A DNA stretch of 64,000 nucleotides. It comes from the human T2T-CHM13v2.0 reference genome, Homo sapiens. Made by a program: the position numbers and the translations under genes. The notes below the pieces were generated by a model. It saw only the letters and a list, made by a program, of their open reading frames with translations. It searched no databases and was not told the origin of the DNA. Where the stretch lies: the NCBI RefSeq assembly GCF_009914755.1, contig NC_060944.1, one strand, 5' to 3'. Shown one piece after another: positions 36,846 through 51,125 of the stretch (the stretch's first letter is position 1; the number at the start of each line of letters is the position of its first letter).

Positions 36846-39800
36846 CATTCTCAGAAGTTTATTTGTGATGTGTGCCCTCAACTAACAGAGTTGAACCTTT
36901 CTTTTGATAGAGCAGTTTTGAAACACTCTTTTTGTAAAATCTTCAAGAGGATATTTGGATAGCTTTGAGGATTTCGTTGCAAACGGGAATGGCTTCATAT
37001 AAACTCTAGACAGAAGCATTCTCAGAAACTTCGTTGGGATGTTTCGATTGAAGTCCCAGTGTTGAACATTCCCTTTTATAGAGCAGGTTGGAAACACTCT
37101 TTCTGCATTCCCTGGAAGTGGACATTTGGAGCGCTTTCAGGACGACGGTGAAAATGGAAATATCTTCCAAGAAAATCTAGATAGAAGCAATGTCAGAAAC
37201 TTTTATGTGATGGATCTACTCAGCTAACAGAGTTGAACCTTTCTTTTGAGAGAGCAGTTTTGCAACACTCTTTTTGTGGAATATGCAAGTGGATATTAGG
37301 GCAGCTTTGAGGATTTCGTTGGAAACGGGAATACATGTAAAAAGCAGACAGCAGCATTCTCAGAAACTTCTTTGTGATGTTTGCATTGAAGTCACAGAGT
37401 TGAACATTCCCTTTGAGAGAGCAGGTTTGAAACACGCCTTTTGTCATATCTGGAAGTGTCCATTCGGAGCGCATTCAGGCTTGTGTTGAAAAAGGAAATA
37501 TCCTCCCATAAAAACTAGACAGAAGCATTCTCAGAAACTTATCTGTGATGTATGTACTCAACTAACAGAACTAAACCATCGTTTTGAAGGAGCAGTTTTG
37601 AAACACTCTTTTTGCGGAATCTGCAAGTGGATATTTGGCTAGCTGGGAGGATTTCGTTGGAAACGGGATTACATACAAAAAGCAGACAGCAGCATTCTCA
37701 GAAACTTCTTTGTGATGTTTGCATTCAAGTCACAGAGTTGAACATTCCCTTTCATAGAGCAGGTTTGAAACACTCTTTTTGTAGTATCTGGATGTGGACA
37801 TTTGGATCGCTTTCAGGCCTATGGTGAAAAAGGAAATATCTTCCCATGAAAACTAGACAGAAGCATTCTCAGAAACTTATTTGTGATGTGTGCCCTCAAC
37901 TGACAGTGTTGAACCTTTGTTTTGATAGAGCAGTTCTGAAACACACTTTTTGTAAAATCTGCAAGAGGATATTTGGATAGCTTTGAGGATTTCGTTGGAA
38001 ACGGGAATGTCTTCATGTAAACTCTAGACAGAAGCATTCTCAGAAACTGCTTTGGGATGTTTCAATTGAAGTCCCAGTGTTGAACATTCCCTTTCATAGA
38101 GCAGGTTTGAAACACTCTTTTTGTACTATCTGGAAGTGGACATTTGGAGCGCTTTCAGGTCTACGGTGAAAAAGGAGATATCTTCCAATAAAAACTAGAT
38201 AGAAGCAATGTCAGAACTTTTTTCATGATGTATCTACTCAGCAAACAGAGTTGAACCTTTCTTTTGAGAGAGCAGTTTTGAAACACTCTTTTTGTGGAAT
38301 ATGCAAGTGGGTATTAGGCCAGCTTGGAGGATTTCGTTGGAAACGGGAATACGTATAAAAAGCAGACAGCAGCATTGTCAGAAACTACTTTGTGATGTTT
38401 GCATTCAAGTCACAGAATTGAACACTCCCTTTCACAGAGCAGGTTTGAAACACTCTTTTTGTAGTGTCTGTAAGTGAACATTTGGATTGCTTTCAGGCCT
38501 AAGGTGAAAAAGGAAATATCTTCCCATAAAAACTAGACAGAAGCATTCTCAGAAACTTGTTTGTGATGTGTGCCCTCTACTGACAGAGTTGAAACTTTCT
38601 TTGCAAAGAGCAGTTTTGAAACACTCTTTTTGTAGAATCTGCAAGAGGATATTTGGATAGCTTTGAGGATTTCTTGGGAAACGGGAATGTCTTCAGATAA
38701 ACTCTAGACAGAAGCATTCTCAGAAACTTCTTTGGGATGTTTCAATTGAAGTCACAGTGTTGAACATTCCCTTTCACAGAGCAGGTTTGAAACACTCTTT
38801 TTGTAGTGTCTATAAGTGAACATTTGGCGTGCTTTCAGGCCTAACGTGAAAAAGGAAATATCTTCCCATAAAAACTAGACAGAAGCATTCTCAGAAACTT
38901 GTTCTTGATGTGTGCCCTCTACTGACAGAGTTGAACCTTTCTTTGCAAAGAGCAGTTTTGAAACACTCTTTTTGTAGAATCTGCAAGAGGATATTTGGAT
39001 AGCTTTGAGGATTTCTTGGGAAACGGGAATGTCTTCAGATAAACTCTAGACAGAAGCATTCTCAGAAACTTCTTTGGGATGTTTCAATTGAAGTCACAGT
39101 GTTGAACATTCCCTTTCACAGAGCAGGTTTGAAACACTCTTTTTGTAGTGTCTATAAGTGAACATTTGGCGTGCTTTCAGGCCTAACGTGAAAAAGGAAA
39201 TATCTTCCCATAAAAACTAGACAGAAGCATTCTCAGAAACTTGTTCTTGATGTGTGCCCTCTACTGACAGAGTTGAACCTTTCTTTGCAAAGAGCAGCTT
39301 TGAAACACTCTTTTTGTAGAATCTGCAAGAGGATATTTGGATAGCTTGGAGGATTTCGTTGGAAACGGGTATGTCTTCAGATAAACTCTAGACAGAAGCA
39401 TTCTCAGAAACTTCTTTGGGATGTTGCATTCAAGTCACAGAGTAGAACATTCCCATTCATAGAGCAGATTTGAAACACTCTTTTTGTAGTATCTGGAAGT
39501 GGACATTTGGAGCGCTTTCAGGCCTATGTTGAAAAAGGAAATGTCTTCCCATAAAAACTAGACGGAAGCATTCTCAGAAACTTATTTGTGATGTGTTTGC
39601 TCAACTAACAGGATTGAACCATCGTTTTGAAGGAGCAGTTTTGAAACACTGTTTTCGTGGAATCTGCAAGTGGATATTTGGCTAGCTTTGAGGATTTCGT
39701 TGGAAACGGGATTACATATAAAAAGGAGACAGCAGCATTCTCAGAAACTTCTTTGTGATGTCTGCATTCAATTCACAGAGTTGAGCATTCCCTTTCATAG

Positions 39801-42800
39801 AGCAGGTTGGAAACACTCTTTTTGTAGTATCTGGATGAGGACATTTGGAGCGCTTTCAGGCGTATGGTGAAAAAGGAAATATCTTCCCGTAAAAACTAGA
39901 CAGAAGCATTCTCAGAAGTTTATTTGTGATGTGTGCCCTCAACTAACAGAGTTGAACCTTTCTTTTGATAGAGCAGTTTTGAAACACTCTTTTTGTAAAA
40001 TCTGCAAGAGGATATTTGGATAGCTTTGAGGATTTCGTTGCAAACGGGAATGGCTTCATATAAACTCTAGACAGAAGCATTCTCAGAAACTTCGTTGGGA
40101 TGTTTCGATTGAAGTCCCAGTGTTGAACATTCCCTTTTATAGAGCAGGTTGGAAACACTCTTTCTGCATTCCCTGGAAGTGGACATTTGGAGCGCTTTCA
40201 GGACGACGGTGAAAATGGAAATATCTTCCAAGAAAATCTAGATAGAAGCAATGTCAGAAACTTTTATGTGATGGATCTACTCAGCTAACAGAGTTGAACC
40301 TTTCTTTTGAGAGAGCAGTTTTGCAACACTCTTTTTGTGGAATATGCAAGTGGATATTAGGGCAGCTTTGAGGATTTCGTTGGAAACGGGAATACATGTA
40401 AAAAGCAGACAGCAGCATTCTCAGAAACTTCTTTGTGATGTTTGCATTGAAGTCACAGAGTTGAACATTCCCTTTGAGAGAGCAGGTTTGAAACACGCCT
40501 TTTGTCATATCTGGAAGTGTCCATTCGGAGCGCATTCAGGCTTGTGTTGAAAAAGGAAATATCCTCCCATAAAAACTAGACAGAAGCATTCTCAGAAACT
40601 TATCTGTGATGTATGTACTCAACTAACAGAACTAAACCATCGTTTTGAAGGAGCAGTTTTGAAACACTCTTTTTGCGGAATCTGCAAGTGGATATTTGGC
40701 TAGCTGGGAGGATTTCGTTGGAAACGGGATTACATACAAAAAGCAGAGAGCAGCATTCTCAGAAACTTCTTTGTGATGTTTGCATTCAAGTCACAGAGTT
40801 GAACATTCCCTTTCATAGAGCAGGTTTGAAACACTCTTTTTGTAGTATCTGGATGTGGACATTTAGATCGCTTTCAGGCCTATGGTGAAAAAGGAAATAT
40901 CTTCCCATGAAAACTAGACAGAAGCATTCTCAGAAACTTATTTGTGATGTGTGCCCTCAACTGACAGTGTTGAACCTTTGTTTTGATAGAGCAGTTCTGA
41001 AACACACTTTTTGTAAAATCTGCAAGAGGATATTTGGATAGCTTTGAGGATTTCGTTGGAAACGGGAATGTCTTCATGTAAACTCTAGACAGAAGCATTC
41101 TCAGAAACTGCTTTGGGATGTTTCAATTGAAGTCCCAGTGTTGAACATTCCCATTCATAGAGCAGGTTTGAAACACTCTTTTTGTACTATCTGGAAGTGG
41201 ACATTTGGAGCGCTTTCAGGTCTACGGTGAAAAAGGAGATATCTTCCAATAAAAACTAGATAGAAGCAATGTCAGAACTTTTTTCATGATGTATCTACTC
41301 AGCAAACAGAGTTGAACCTTTCTTTTGAGAGAGCAGTTTTGAAACACTCTTTTTGTGGAATATGCAAGTGGGTATTAGGCCAGCTTGGAGGATTTCGTTG
41401 GAAACGGGAATACGTATAAAAAGCAGACAGCAGCATTGTCAGAAACTACTTTGTGATGTTTGCATTCAAGTCACAGAATTGAACACTCCCTTTCACAGAG
41501 CAGGTTTGAAACACTCTTTTTGTAGTGTCTGTAAGTGAACATTTGGATTGCTTTCAGGCCTAAGGTGAAAAAGGAAATATCTTCCCATAAAAACTAGACA
41601 GAAGCATTCTCAGAAACTTGTTTTTGATGTGTGCCCTCTACTGACAGAGTTGAAACTTTCTTTACAAAGAGCAGTTTTGAAACACTCTTTTTGTAGAATC
41701 TGCAAGAGGATATTTGGATAGCTTTGAGGATTTCTTGGGAAACGGGAATGTCTTCAGATAAACTCTAGACAGAAGCATTCTCAGAAACTTCTTTGGGATG
41801 TTTCAATTGAAGTCACAGTGTTGAACATTCCCTTTCACAGAGCAGGTTTGAAACACTCTTTTTGTAGTGTCTATAAGTGAACATTTGGCGTGCTTTCAGG
41901 CCCAACGTGAAAAAGGAAATATCTTCCCATAAAAACTAGACAGAAGCATTCTCAGAAACTTGTTCTTGATGTGTGCCCTCTACTGACAGAGTTGAACCTT
42001 TCTTTGCAAAGAGCAGTTTTGAAACACTCATTTTGTAGAATCTGCAAGAGGATATTTGGATAGCTTTGAGGATTTCTTGGGAAACGGGAATGTCTTCAGA
42101 TAAACTCTAGACAGAAGCATTCTCAGAAACTTCTTTGGGATGTTTCAATTGAAGTCACAGTGTTGAACATTCCCTTTCACAGAGCAGGTTTGAAACACTC
42201 TTTTTGTAGTGTCTATAAGTGAACATTTGGCGTGCTTTCAGGCCTAACGTGAAAAAGGAAATATCTTCCCATAAAAACTAGACAGAAGCATTCTCAGAAA
42301 CTTGTTCGTGATGTGTGCCCTCTACTGACAGAGTTGAACCTTTCTTTGCAAAGAGCAGCTTTGAAACACACTTTTTGTAGAATCTGCAAGAGGATATTTG
42401 GATAGCTTTGAGGATTTCGTTGGAAACGGGTATGTCTTCAGATAAACTCTAGACAGAAGCATTCTCAGAAACTTCTTTGGGATGTTGCATTCAAGTCACA
42501 GAGTAGAACATTCCCATTCATAGAGCAGATTTGAAACACTCTTTTTGTAGTATCTGGAAGTGGACATTTGGAGCGCTTTCAGGCCTATGTTGAAAAAGGA
42601 AACATCTTCCCATAAAAACTAGACGGAAGCATTCTCAGAAACTTATTTGTGATGTGTTTGCTCAACTAACAGGATTGAACCATCGTTTTGAAGGAGCAGT
42701 TTTGAAACACTGTTTTCGTGGAATCTGCAAGTGGATATTTGGCTAGCTTTGAGGATTTCGTTGGAAACGGGATTACATATAAAAAGGAGACAGCAGCATT

Positions 42801-42967
42801 CTCAGAAACTACTTTGTGATGTCTGCATTCAATTCACAGAGTTGAGCATTCCCTTTCATAGAGCAGGTTGGAAACACTCTTTTTGTAGTATCGGGATGAG
42901 GACATTTGGAGCGCTTTCAGGCCTATGGTGAAAAAGGAAATATCTTCCCGTAAAAACTAGACAGAAG
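36846..42967 (+). repeat. HOR14-HOR15: 18-mer class II (3061 bp), copies of HOR5-HOR6
   Basis: Extra segments at 38886-39227 and 41947-42288 with a duplicated dead box; private SNPs shared with HOR5/6. Confidence 0.9.
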
Positions 42968-45900
42968 CATTCTCAGAAGTTTATTTGTGATGTGTGCCCT
43001 CAACTAACAGAGTTGAACCTTTCTTTTGATAGAGCAGTTTTGAAACACTCTTTTTGTAAAATCTGCAAGAGGATATTTGGATAGCTTTGAGGATTTCGTT
43101 GCAAACGGGAATGGCTTCATATAAACTCTAGACAGAAGCATTCTCAGAAACTTCGTTGGGATGTTTCGATTGAAGTCCCAGTGTTGAACATTCCCTTTTA
43201 TAGAGCAGGTTGGAAACACTCTTTCTGCATTCCCTGGAAGTGGACATTTGGAGCGCTTTCAGGACGACGGTGAAAATGGAAATATCTTCCAAGAAAATCT
43301 AGATAGAAGCAATGTTAGAAACTTTTATGTGATGGATCTACTCAGCTAACAGAGTTGAACCTTTCTTTTGAGAGAGCAGTTTTGCAACACTCTTTTTGTG
43401 GAATATGCAAGTGGATATTAGGGCAGCTTTGAGGATTTCGTTGGAAACGGGAATACATGTAAAAAGCAGACAGCAGCATTCTCAGAAACTTCTTTGTGAT
43501 GTTTGCATTGAAGTCACAGAGTTGAACATTCCCTTTGAGAGAGCAGGTTTGAAACACGCCTTTTGTCATATCTGGAAGTGTCCATTCGGAGCGCATTCAG
43601 GCTTGTGTTGAAAAAGGAAAGTATCCTCCCATAAAAACTAGACAGAAGCATTCTCAGAAACTTATCTGTGATGTATGTACTCAACTAACAGAACTAAACC
43701 ATCGTTTTGAAGGAGCAGTTTTGAAACACTCTTTTTGCGGAATCTGCAAGTGGATATTTGGCTAGCTGGGAGGATTTCGTTGGAAACGGGATTACATACA
43801 AAAAGCAGACAGCAGCATTCTCAGAAACTTCTTTGTGATGTTTGCATTCAAGTCACAGAGTTGAACATTCCCTTTCATAGAGCAGGTTTGAAACACTCTT
43901 TTTGTAGTATCTGGATGTGGACATCTGGATCGCTTTCAGGCCTATGGTGAAAAAGGAAATATCTTCCAATGAAAACTAGACAGAAGCATTCTCAGAAACT
44001 TATTTGTGATGTGTGCCCTCAACTGACAGTGTTGAACCTTTGTTTTGATAGAGCAGTTCTGAAACACACTTTTTGTAAAATCTGCAAGAGGATATTTGGA
44101 TAGCTTTGAGGATTTCGTTGGAAACGGGAATGTCTTCATGTAAACTCTAGACAGAAGCATTCTCAGAAACTGCTTTGGGATGTTTCAATTGAAGTCCCAG
44201 TGTTGAACATTCCCATTCATAGAGCAGGTTTGAAACACTCTTTTTGTACTATCTGGAAGTGGACATTTGGAGCGCTTTCAGGTCTACGGTGAAAAAGGAG
44301 ATATCTTCCAATAAAAACTAGATAGAAGCAATGTCAGAACTTTTTTCATGATGTATCTACTCAGCAAACAGAGTTGAACCTTTCTTTTGAGAGAGCAGTT
44401 TTGAAACACTCTTTTTGTGGAATATGCAAGTGGGTATTAGGCCAGCTTGGAGGATTTCGTTGGAAACGGGAATACGTATAAAAAGCAGACAGCAGCATTG
44501 TCAGAAACTACTTTGTGATGTTTGCATTCAAGTCACAGAATTGAACACTCCCTTTCACAGAGCAGGTTTGAAACACTCTTTTTGTAGTGTCTGTAAGTGA
44601 ACATTTGGATTGCTTTCAGGCCTAAGGTGAAAAAGGAAATATCTTCCCATAAAAACTAGACAGAAGCATTCTCAGAAACTTGTTTGTGATGTGTGCCCTC
44701 TACTGACAGAGTTGAACCTTTCTTTGCAAAGAGCAGTTTTGAAACACTCTTTTTGTAGAATCTGCAAGAGGATATTTGGATAGCTTTGAGGATTTCTTGG
44801 GAAACGGGAATGTCTTCAGATAAACTCTAGACAGAAGCATTCTCAGAAACTTCTTTGGGATGTTTCAATTGAAGTCACAGTGTTGAACATTCCCTTTCAC
44901 AGAGCAGGTTTGAAACACTCTTTTTGTAGTGTCTATAAGTGAACATTTGGCGTGCTTTCAGTTGTAACGTGAAAAAGGAAATATCTTCCCATAAAAACTA
45001 GACAGAAGCATTCTCAGAAACTTGTTCTTGATGTGTCCCCTCTACTGACAGAGTTGAACCTTTCTTTGCAAAGAGCAGCTTTGAAACACTCTTTTTGTAG
45101 AATCTGCAAGAGGATATTTGGATAGCTTGGAGGATTTCGTTGGAAACGGGTATGTCTTCAGATAAACTCTAGACAGAAGCATTCTCAGAAACTTCTTTGG
45201 GATGTTGCATTCAAGTCACAGAGTAGAACATTCCCATTCATAGAGCAGATTTGAAACACTCTTTTTGTAGTATCTGGAAGTGGACATTTGGAGCGCTTTC
45301 AGGCCTATGTTGAAAAAGGAAACATCTTCCCATAAAAACTAGACGGAAGCATTCTCAGAAACTTATTTGTGATGTGTTTGCTCAACTAACAGGATTGAAC
45401 CATCGTTTTGAAGGAGCAGTTTTGAAACACTGTTTTCGTGGAATCTGCAAGTGGATATTTGGCTAGCTTTGAGGATTTCGTTGGAAACGGGATTACATAT
45501 AAAAAGGAGACAGCAGCATTCTCAGAAACTTCTTTGTGATGTCTGCATTCAATTCACAGAGTTGAGCATTCCCTTTCATAGAGCAGGTTGGAAACACTCT
45601 TTTTGTAGTATCTGGATGAGGACATTTGGAGCGCTTTCAGGCGTATGGTGAAAAAGGAAATATCTTCCCGTAAAAACTAGACAGAAGCATTCTCAGAAGT
45701 TTATTTGTGATGTGTGCCCTCAACTAACAGAGTTGAACCTTTCTTTTGATAGAGCAGTTTTGAAACACTCTTTTTGTAAAATCTGCAAGAGGATATTTGG
45801 ATAGCTTTGAGGATTTCGTTGCAAACGGGAATGGCTTCATATAAACTCTAGACAGAAGCATTCTCAGAAACTTCGTTGGGATGTTTCGATTGAAGTCCCA

Positions 45901-48900
45901 GTGTTGAACATTCCCTTTTATAGAGCAGGTTGGAAACACTCTTTCTGCATTCCCTGGAAGTGGACATTTGGAGCGCTTTCAGGACGACGGTGAAAATGGA
46001 AATATCTTCCAAGAAAATCTAGATAGAAGCAATGTCAGAAACTTTTCTGTGATGGATCTACTCAGCTAACAGAGTTGAACCTTTCTTTTGAGAGAGCAGT
46101 TTTGCAACACTCTTTTTGTGGAATATGCAAGTGGATATTAGGGCAGCTTTGAGGATTTCGTTGGAAACGGGAATACATGTAAAAAGCAGACAGCAGCATT
46201 CTCAGAAACTTCTTTGTGATGTTTGCATTGAAGTCACAGAGTTGAACATTCCCTTTGAGAGAGCAGGTTTGAAACACGCCTTTTGTCATATCTGGAAGTG
46301 TCCATTCGGAGCGCATTCAGGCTTGTGTTGAAAAAGGAAATATCCTCCCATAAAAACTAGACAGAAGCATTCTCAGAAACTTATCTGTGATGTATGTACT
46401 CAACTAACAGAACTAAACCATCGTTTTGAAGGAGCAGTTTTGAAACACTCTTTTTGCGGAATCTGCAAGTGGATATTTGGCTAGCTGGGAGGATTTCGTT
46501 GGAAACGGGATTACATACAAAAAGCAGACAGCAGCATTCTCAGAAACTTCTTTGTGATGTTTGCATTCAAGTCACAGAGTTGAACATTCCCTTTCATAGA
46601 GCAGGTTTGAAACACTCTTTTTGTAGTATCTGGATGTGGACATTTGGATCGCTTTCAGGCCTATGGTGAAAAAGGAAATATCTTCCCATGAAAACTAGAC
46701 AGAAGCATTCTCAGAAACTTATTTGTGATGTGTGCCCTCAACTGACAGTGTTGAACCTTTGTTTTGATAGAGCAGTTCTGAAACACACTTTTTGTAAAAT
46801 CTGCAAGAGGATATTTGGATAGCTTTGAGGATTTCGTTGGAAACGGGAATGTCTTCATGTAAACTCTAGACAGAAGCATTCTCAGAAACTGCTTTGGGAT
46901 GTTTCAATTGAAGTCCCAGTGTTGAACATTCCCTTTCATAGAGCAGGTTTGAAACACTCTTTTTGTACTATCTGGAAGTGGACATTTGGAGCGCTTTCAG
47001 GTCTACGGTGAAAAAGGAGATATCTTCCAATAAAAACTAGATAGAAGCAATGTCAGAACTTTTTTCATGATGTATCTACTCAGCAAACAGAGTTGAACCT
47101 TTCTTTTGAGAGAGCAGTTTTGAAACACTCTTTTTGTGGAATATGCAAGTGGGTATTAGGCCAGCTTGGAGGATTTCGTTGGAAACGGGAATACGTATAA
47201 AAAGCAGACAGCAGCATTGTCAGAAACTACTTTGTGATGTTTGCATTCAAGTCACAGAATTGAACACTCCCTTTCACAGAGCAGGTTTGAAACACTCTTT
47301 TTGTAGTGTCTGTAAGTGAACATTTGGATTGCTTTCAGGCCTAAGGTGAAAAAGGAAATATCTTCCCATAAAAACTAGACAGAAGCATTCTCAGAAACTT
47401 GTTTGTGCTGTGTGCCCTCTACTGACAGAGTTGAAGCTTTCTTTGCAAAGAGCAGTTTTGAAACACTCTTTTTGTAGAATCTGCAAGAGGATATTTGGAT
47501 AGCTTTGAGGATTTCTTGGGAAACGGGAATGTCTTCAGATAAACTCTAGACAGAAGCATTCTCAGAAACTTCTTTGGGATGTTTCAATTGAAGTCACAGT
47601 GTTGAACATTCCCTTTCACAGAGCAGGTTTGAAACACTCTTTTTGTAGTGTCTATAAGTGAACATTTGGCGTGCTTTCAGTTGTAACGTGAAAAAGGAAA
47701 TATCTTCCCATAAAAACTAGACAGAAGCATTCTCAGAAACTTGTTCTTGATGTGTCCCCTCTACTGACAGAGTTGAACCTTTCTTTGCAAAGAGCAGCTT
47801 TGAAACACTCTTTTTGTAGAATCTGCAAGAGGATATTTGGATAGCTTGGAGGATTTCGTTGGAAACGGGTATGTCTTCAGATAAACTCTAGACAGAAGCA
47901 TTCTCAGAAACTTCTTTGGGATGTTGCATTCAAGTCACAGAGTAGAACATTCCCATTCATAGAGCAGATTTGAAACACTCTTTTTGTAGTATCTGGAAGT
48001 GGACATTTGGAGCGCTTTCAGGCCTATGTTGAAAAAGGAAACATCTTCCCATAAAAACTAGACGGAAGCATTCTCAGAAACTTATTTGTGATGTGTTTGC
48101 TCAACTAACAGGATTGAACCATCGTTTTGAAGGAGCAGTTTTGAAACACTGTTTTCGTGGAATCTGCAAGTGGATATTTGGCTAGCTTTGAGGATTTCGT
48201 TGGAAACGGGATTACAAATAAAAAGGAGACAGCAGCATTCTCAGAAACTTCTTTGTGATGTCTGCATTCAATTCACAGAGTTGAGCATTCCCTTTCATAG
48301 AGCAGGTTGGAAACACTCTTTTTGTAGTATCTGGATGAGGACATTTGGAGCGCTTTCAGGCGTATGGTGAAAAAGGAAATATCTTCCCGTAAAAACTAGA
48401 CAGAAGCATTCTCAGAAGTTTATTTGTGATGTGTGCCCTCAACTAACAGAGTTGAACCTTTCTTTTGATAGAGCAGTTTTGAAACACTCTTTTTGTAAAA
48501 TCTGCAAGAGGATATTTGGATAGCTTTGAGGATTTCGTTGCAAACGGGAATGGCTTCATATAAACTCTAGACAGAAGCATTCTCAGAAACTTCGTTGGGA
48601 TGTTTCGATTGAAGTCCCAGTGTTGAACATTCCCTTTTATAGAGCAGGTTGGAAACACTCTTTCTGCATTCCCTGGAAGTGGACATTTGGAGCGCTTTCA
48701 GGACGACGGTGAAAATGGAAATATCTTCCAAGAAAATCTAGATAGAAGCAATGTCAGAAACTTTTATGTGATGGATCTACTCAGCTAACAGAGTTGAACC
48801 TTTCTTTTGAGAGAGCAGTTTTGCAACACTCTTTTTGTGGAATATGCAAGTGGATATTAGGGCAGCTTTGAGGATTTCGTTGGAAACGGGAATACATGTA

Positions 48901-51125
48901 AAAAGCAGACAGCAGCATTCTCAGAAACTTCTTTGTGATGTTTGCATTGAAGTCACAGAGTTGAACATTCCCTTTGAGAGAGCAGGTTTGAAACACGCCT
49001 TTTGTCATATCTGGAAGTGTCCATTCGGAGCGCATTCAGGCTTGTGTTGAAAAAGGAAATATCCTCCCATAAAAACTAGACAGAAGCATTCTCAGAAACT
49101 TATCTGTGATGTATGTACTCAACTAACAGAACTAAACCATCGTTTTGAAGGAGCAGTTTTGAAACACTCTTTTTGCGGAATCTGCAAGTGGATATTTGGC
49201 TAGCTGGGAGGATTTCGTTGGAAACGGGATTACATACAAAAAGCAGACAGCAGCATTCTCAGAAACTTCTTTGTGATGTTTGCATTCAAGTCACAGAGTT
49301 GAACATTCCCTTTCATAGAGCAGGTTTGAAACACTCTTTTTGTAGTATCTGGATGTGGACATTTGGATCGCTTTCAGGCCTATGGTGAAAAAGGAAATAT
49401 CTTCCCATGAAAACTAGACAGAAGCATTCTCAGAAACTTATTTGTGATGTGTGCCCTCAACTGACAGTGTAGAACCTTTGTTTTGATAGAGCAGTTCTGA
49501 AACACACTTTTTGTAAAATCTGCAAGAGGATATTTGGATAGCTTTGAGGATTTCGTTGGAAACGGGAATGTCTTCATGTAAACTCTAGACAGAAGCATTC
49601 TCAGAAACTGCTTTGGGATGTTTCAATTGAAGTCCCAGTGTTGAACATTCCCATTCATAGAGCAGGTTTGAAACACTCTTTTTGTACTATCTGGAAGTGG
49701 ACATTTGGAGCGCTTTCAGGTCTACGGTGAAAAAGGAGATATCTTCCAATAAAAACTAGATAGAAGCAATGTCAGAACTTTTTTCATGATGTATCTACTC
49801 AGCAAACAGAGTTGAACCTTTCTTTTGAGAGAGCAGTTTTGAAACACTCTTTTTGTGGAATATGCAAGTGGGTATTAGGCCAGCTTGGAGGATTTCGTTG
49901 GAAACGGGAATACGTATAAAAAGCAGACAGCAGCATTGTCAGAAACTACTTTGTGATGTTTGCATTCAAGTCACAGAATTGAACACTCCCTTTCACAGAG
50001 CAGGTTTGAAACACTCTTTTTGTAGTGTCTGTAAGTGAACATTTGGATTGCTTTCAGGCCTAAGGTGAAAAAGGAAATATCTTCCCATAAAAACTAGACA
50101 GAAGCATTCTCAGAAACTTGTTTGTGATGTGTGCCCTCTACTGACAGAGTTGAAGCTTTCTTTGCAAAGAGCAGTTTTGAAACACTCTTTTTGTAGAATC
50201 TGCAAGAGGATATTTGGATAGCTTTGAGGATTTCTTGGGAAACGGGAATGTCTTCAGATAAACTCTAGACAGAAGCATTCTCAGAAACTTCTTTGGGATG
50301 TTTCAATTGAAGTCACAGTGTTGAACATTCCCTTTCACAGAGCAGGTTTGAAACACTCTTTTTGTAGTGTCTATAAGTGAACATTTGGCGTGCTTTCAGT
50401 TGTAACGTGAAAAAGGAAATATCTTCCCATAAAAACTAGACAGAAGCATTCTCAGAAACTTGTTCTTGATGTGTCCCCTCTACTGACAGAGTTGAACCTT
50501 TCTTTGCAAAGAGCAGCTTTGAAACACTCTTTTTGTAGAATCTGCAAGAGGATATTTGGATAGCTTGGAGGATTTCGTTGGAAACGGGTATGTCTTCAGA
50601 TAAACTCTAGACAGAAGCATTCTCAGAAACTTCTTTGGGATGTTGCATTCAAGTCACAGAGTAGAACATTCCCATTCATAGAGCAGATTTGAAACACTCT
50701 TTTTGTAGTATCTGGAAGTGGACATTTGGAGCGCTTTCAGGCCTATGTTGAAAAAGGAAACATCTTCCCATAAAAACTAGACGGAAGCATTCTCAGAAAC
50801 TTATTTGTGATGTGTTTGCTCAACTAACAGGATTGAACCATCGTTTTGAAGGAGCAGTTTTGAAACACTGTTTTCGTGGAATCTGCAAGTGGATATTTGG
50901 CTAGCTTTGAGGATTTCGTTGGAAACGGGATTACATATAAAAAGGAGACAGCAGCATTCTCAGAAACTTCTTTGTGATGTCTGCATTCAATTCACAGAGT
51001 TGAGCATTCCCTTTCATAGAGCAGGTTGGAAACACTCTTTTTGTAGTATCTGGATGAGGACATTTGGAGCGCTTTCAGGCGTATGGTGAAAAAGGAAATA
51101 TCTTCCCGTAAAAACTAGACAGAAG
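42968..51125 (+). repeat. HOR16-HOR18: three 16-mer copies (2720, 2719, 2719 bp)
   Basis: Anchor spacing; 1-bp insertion at 43621 as in HOR7. Confidence 0.95.
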
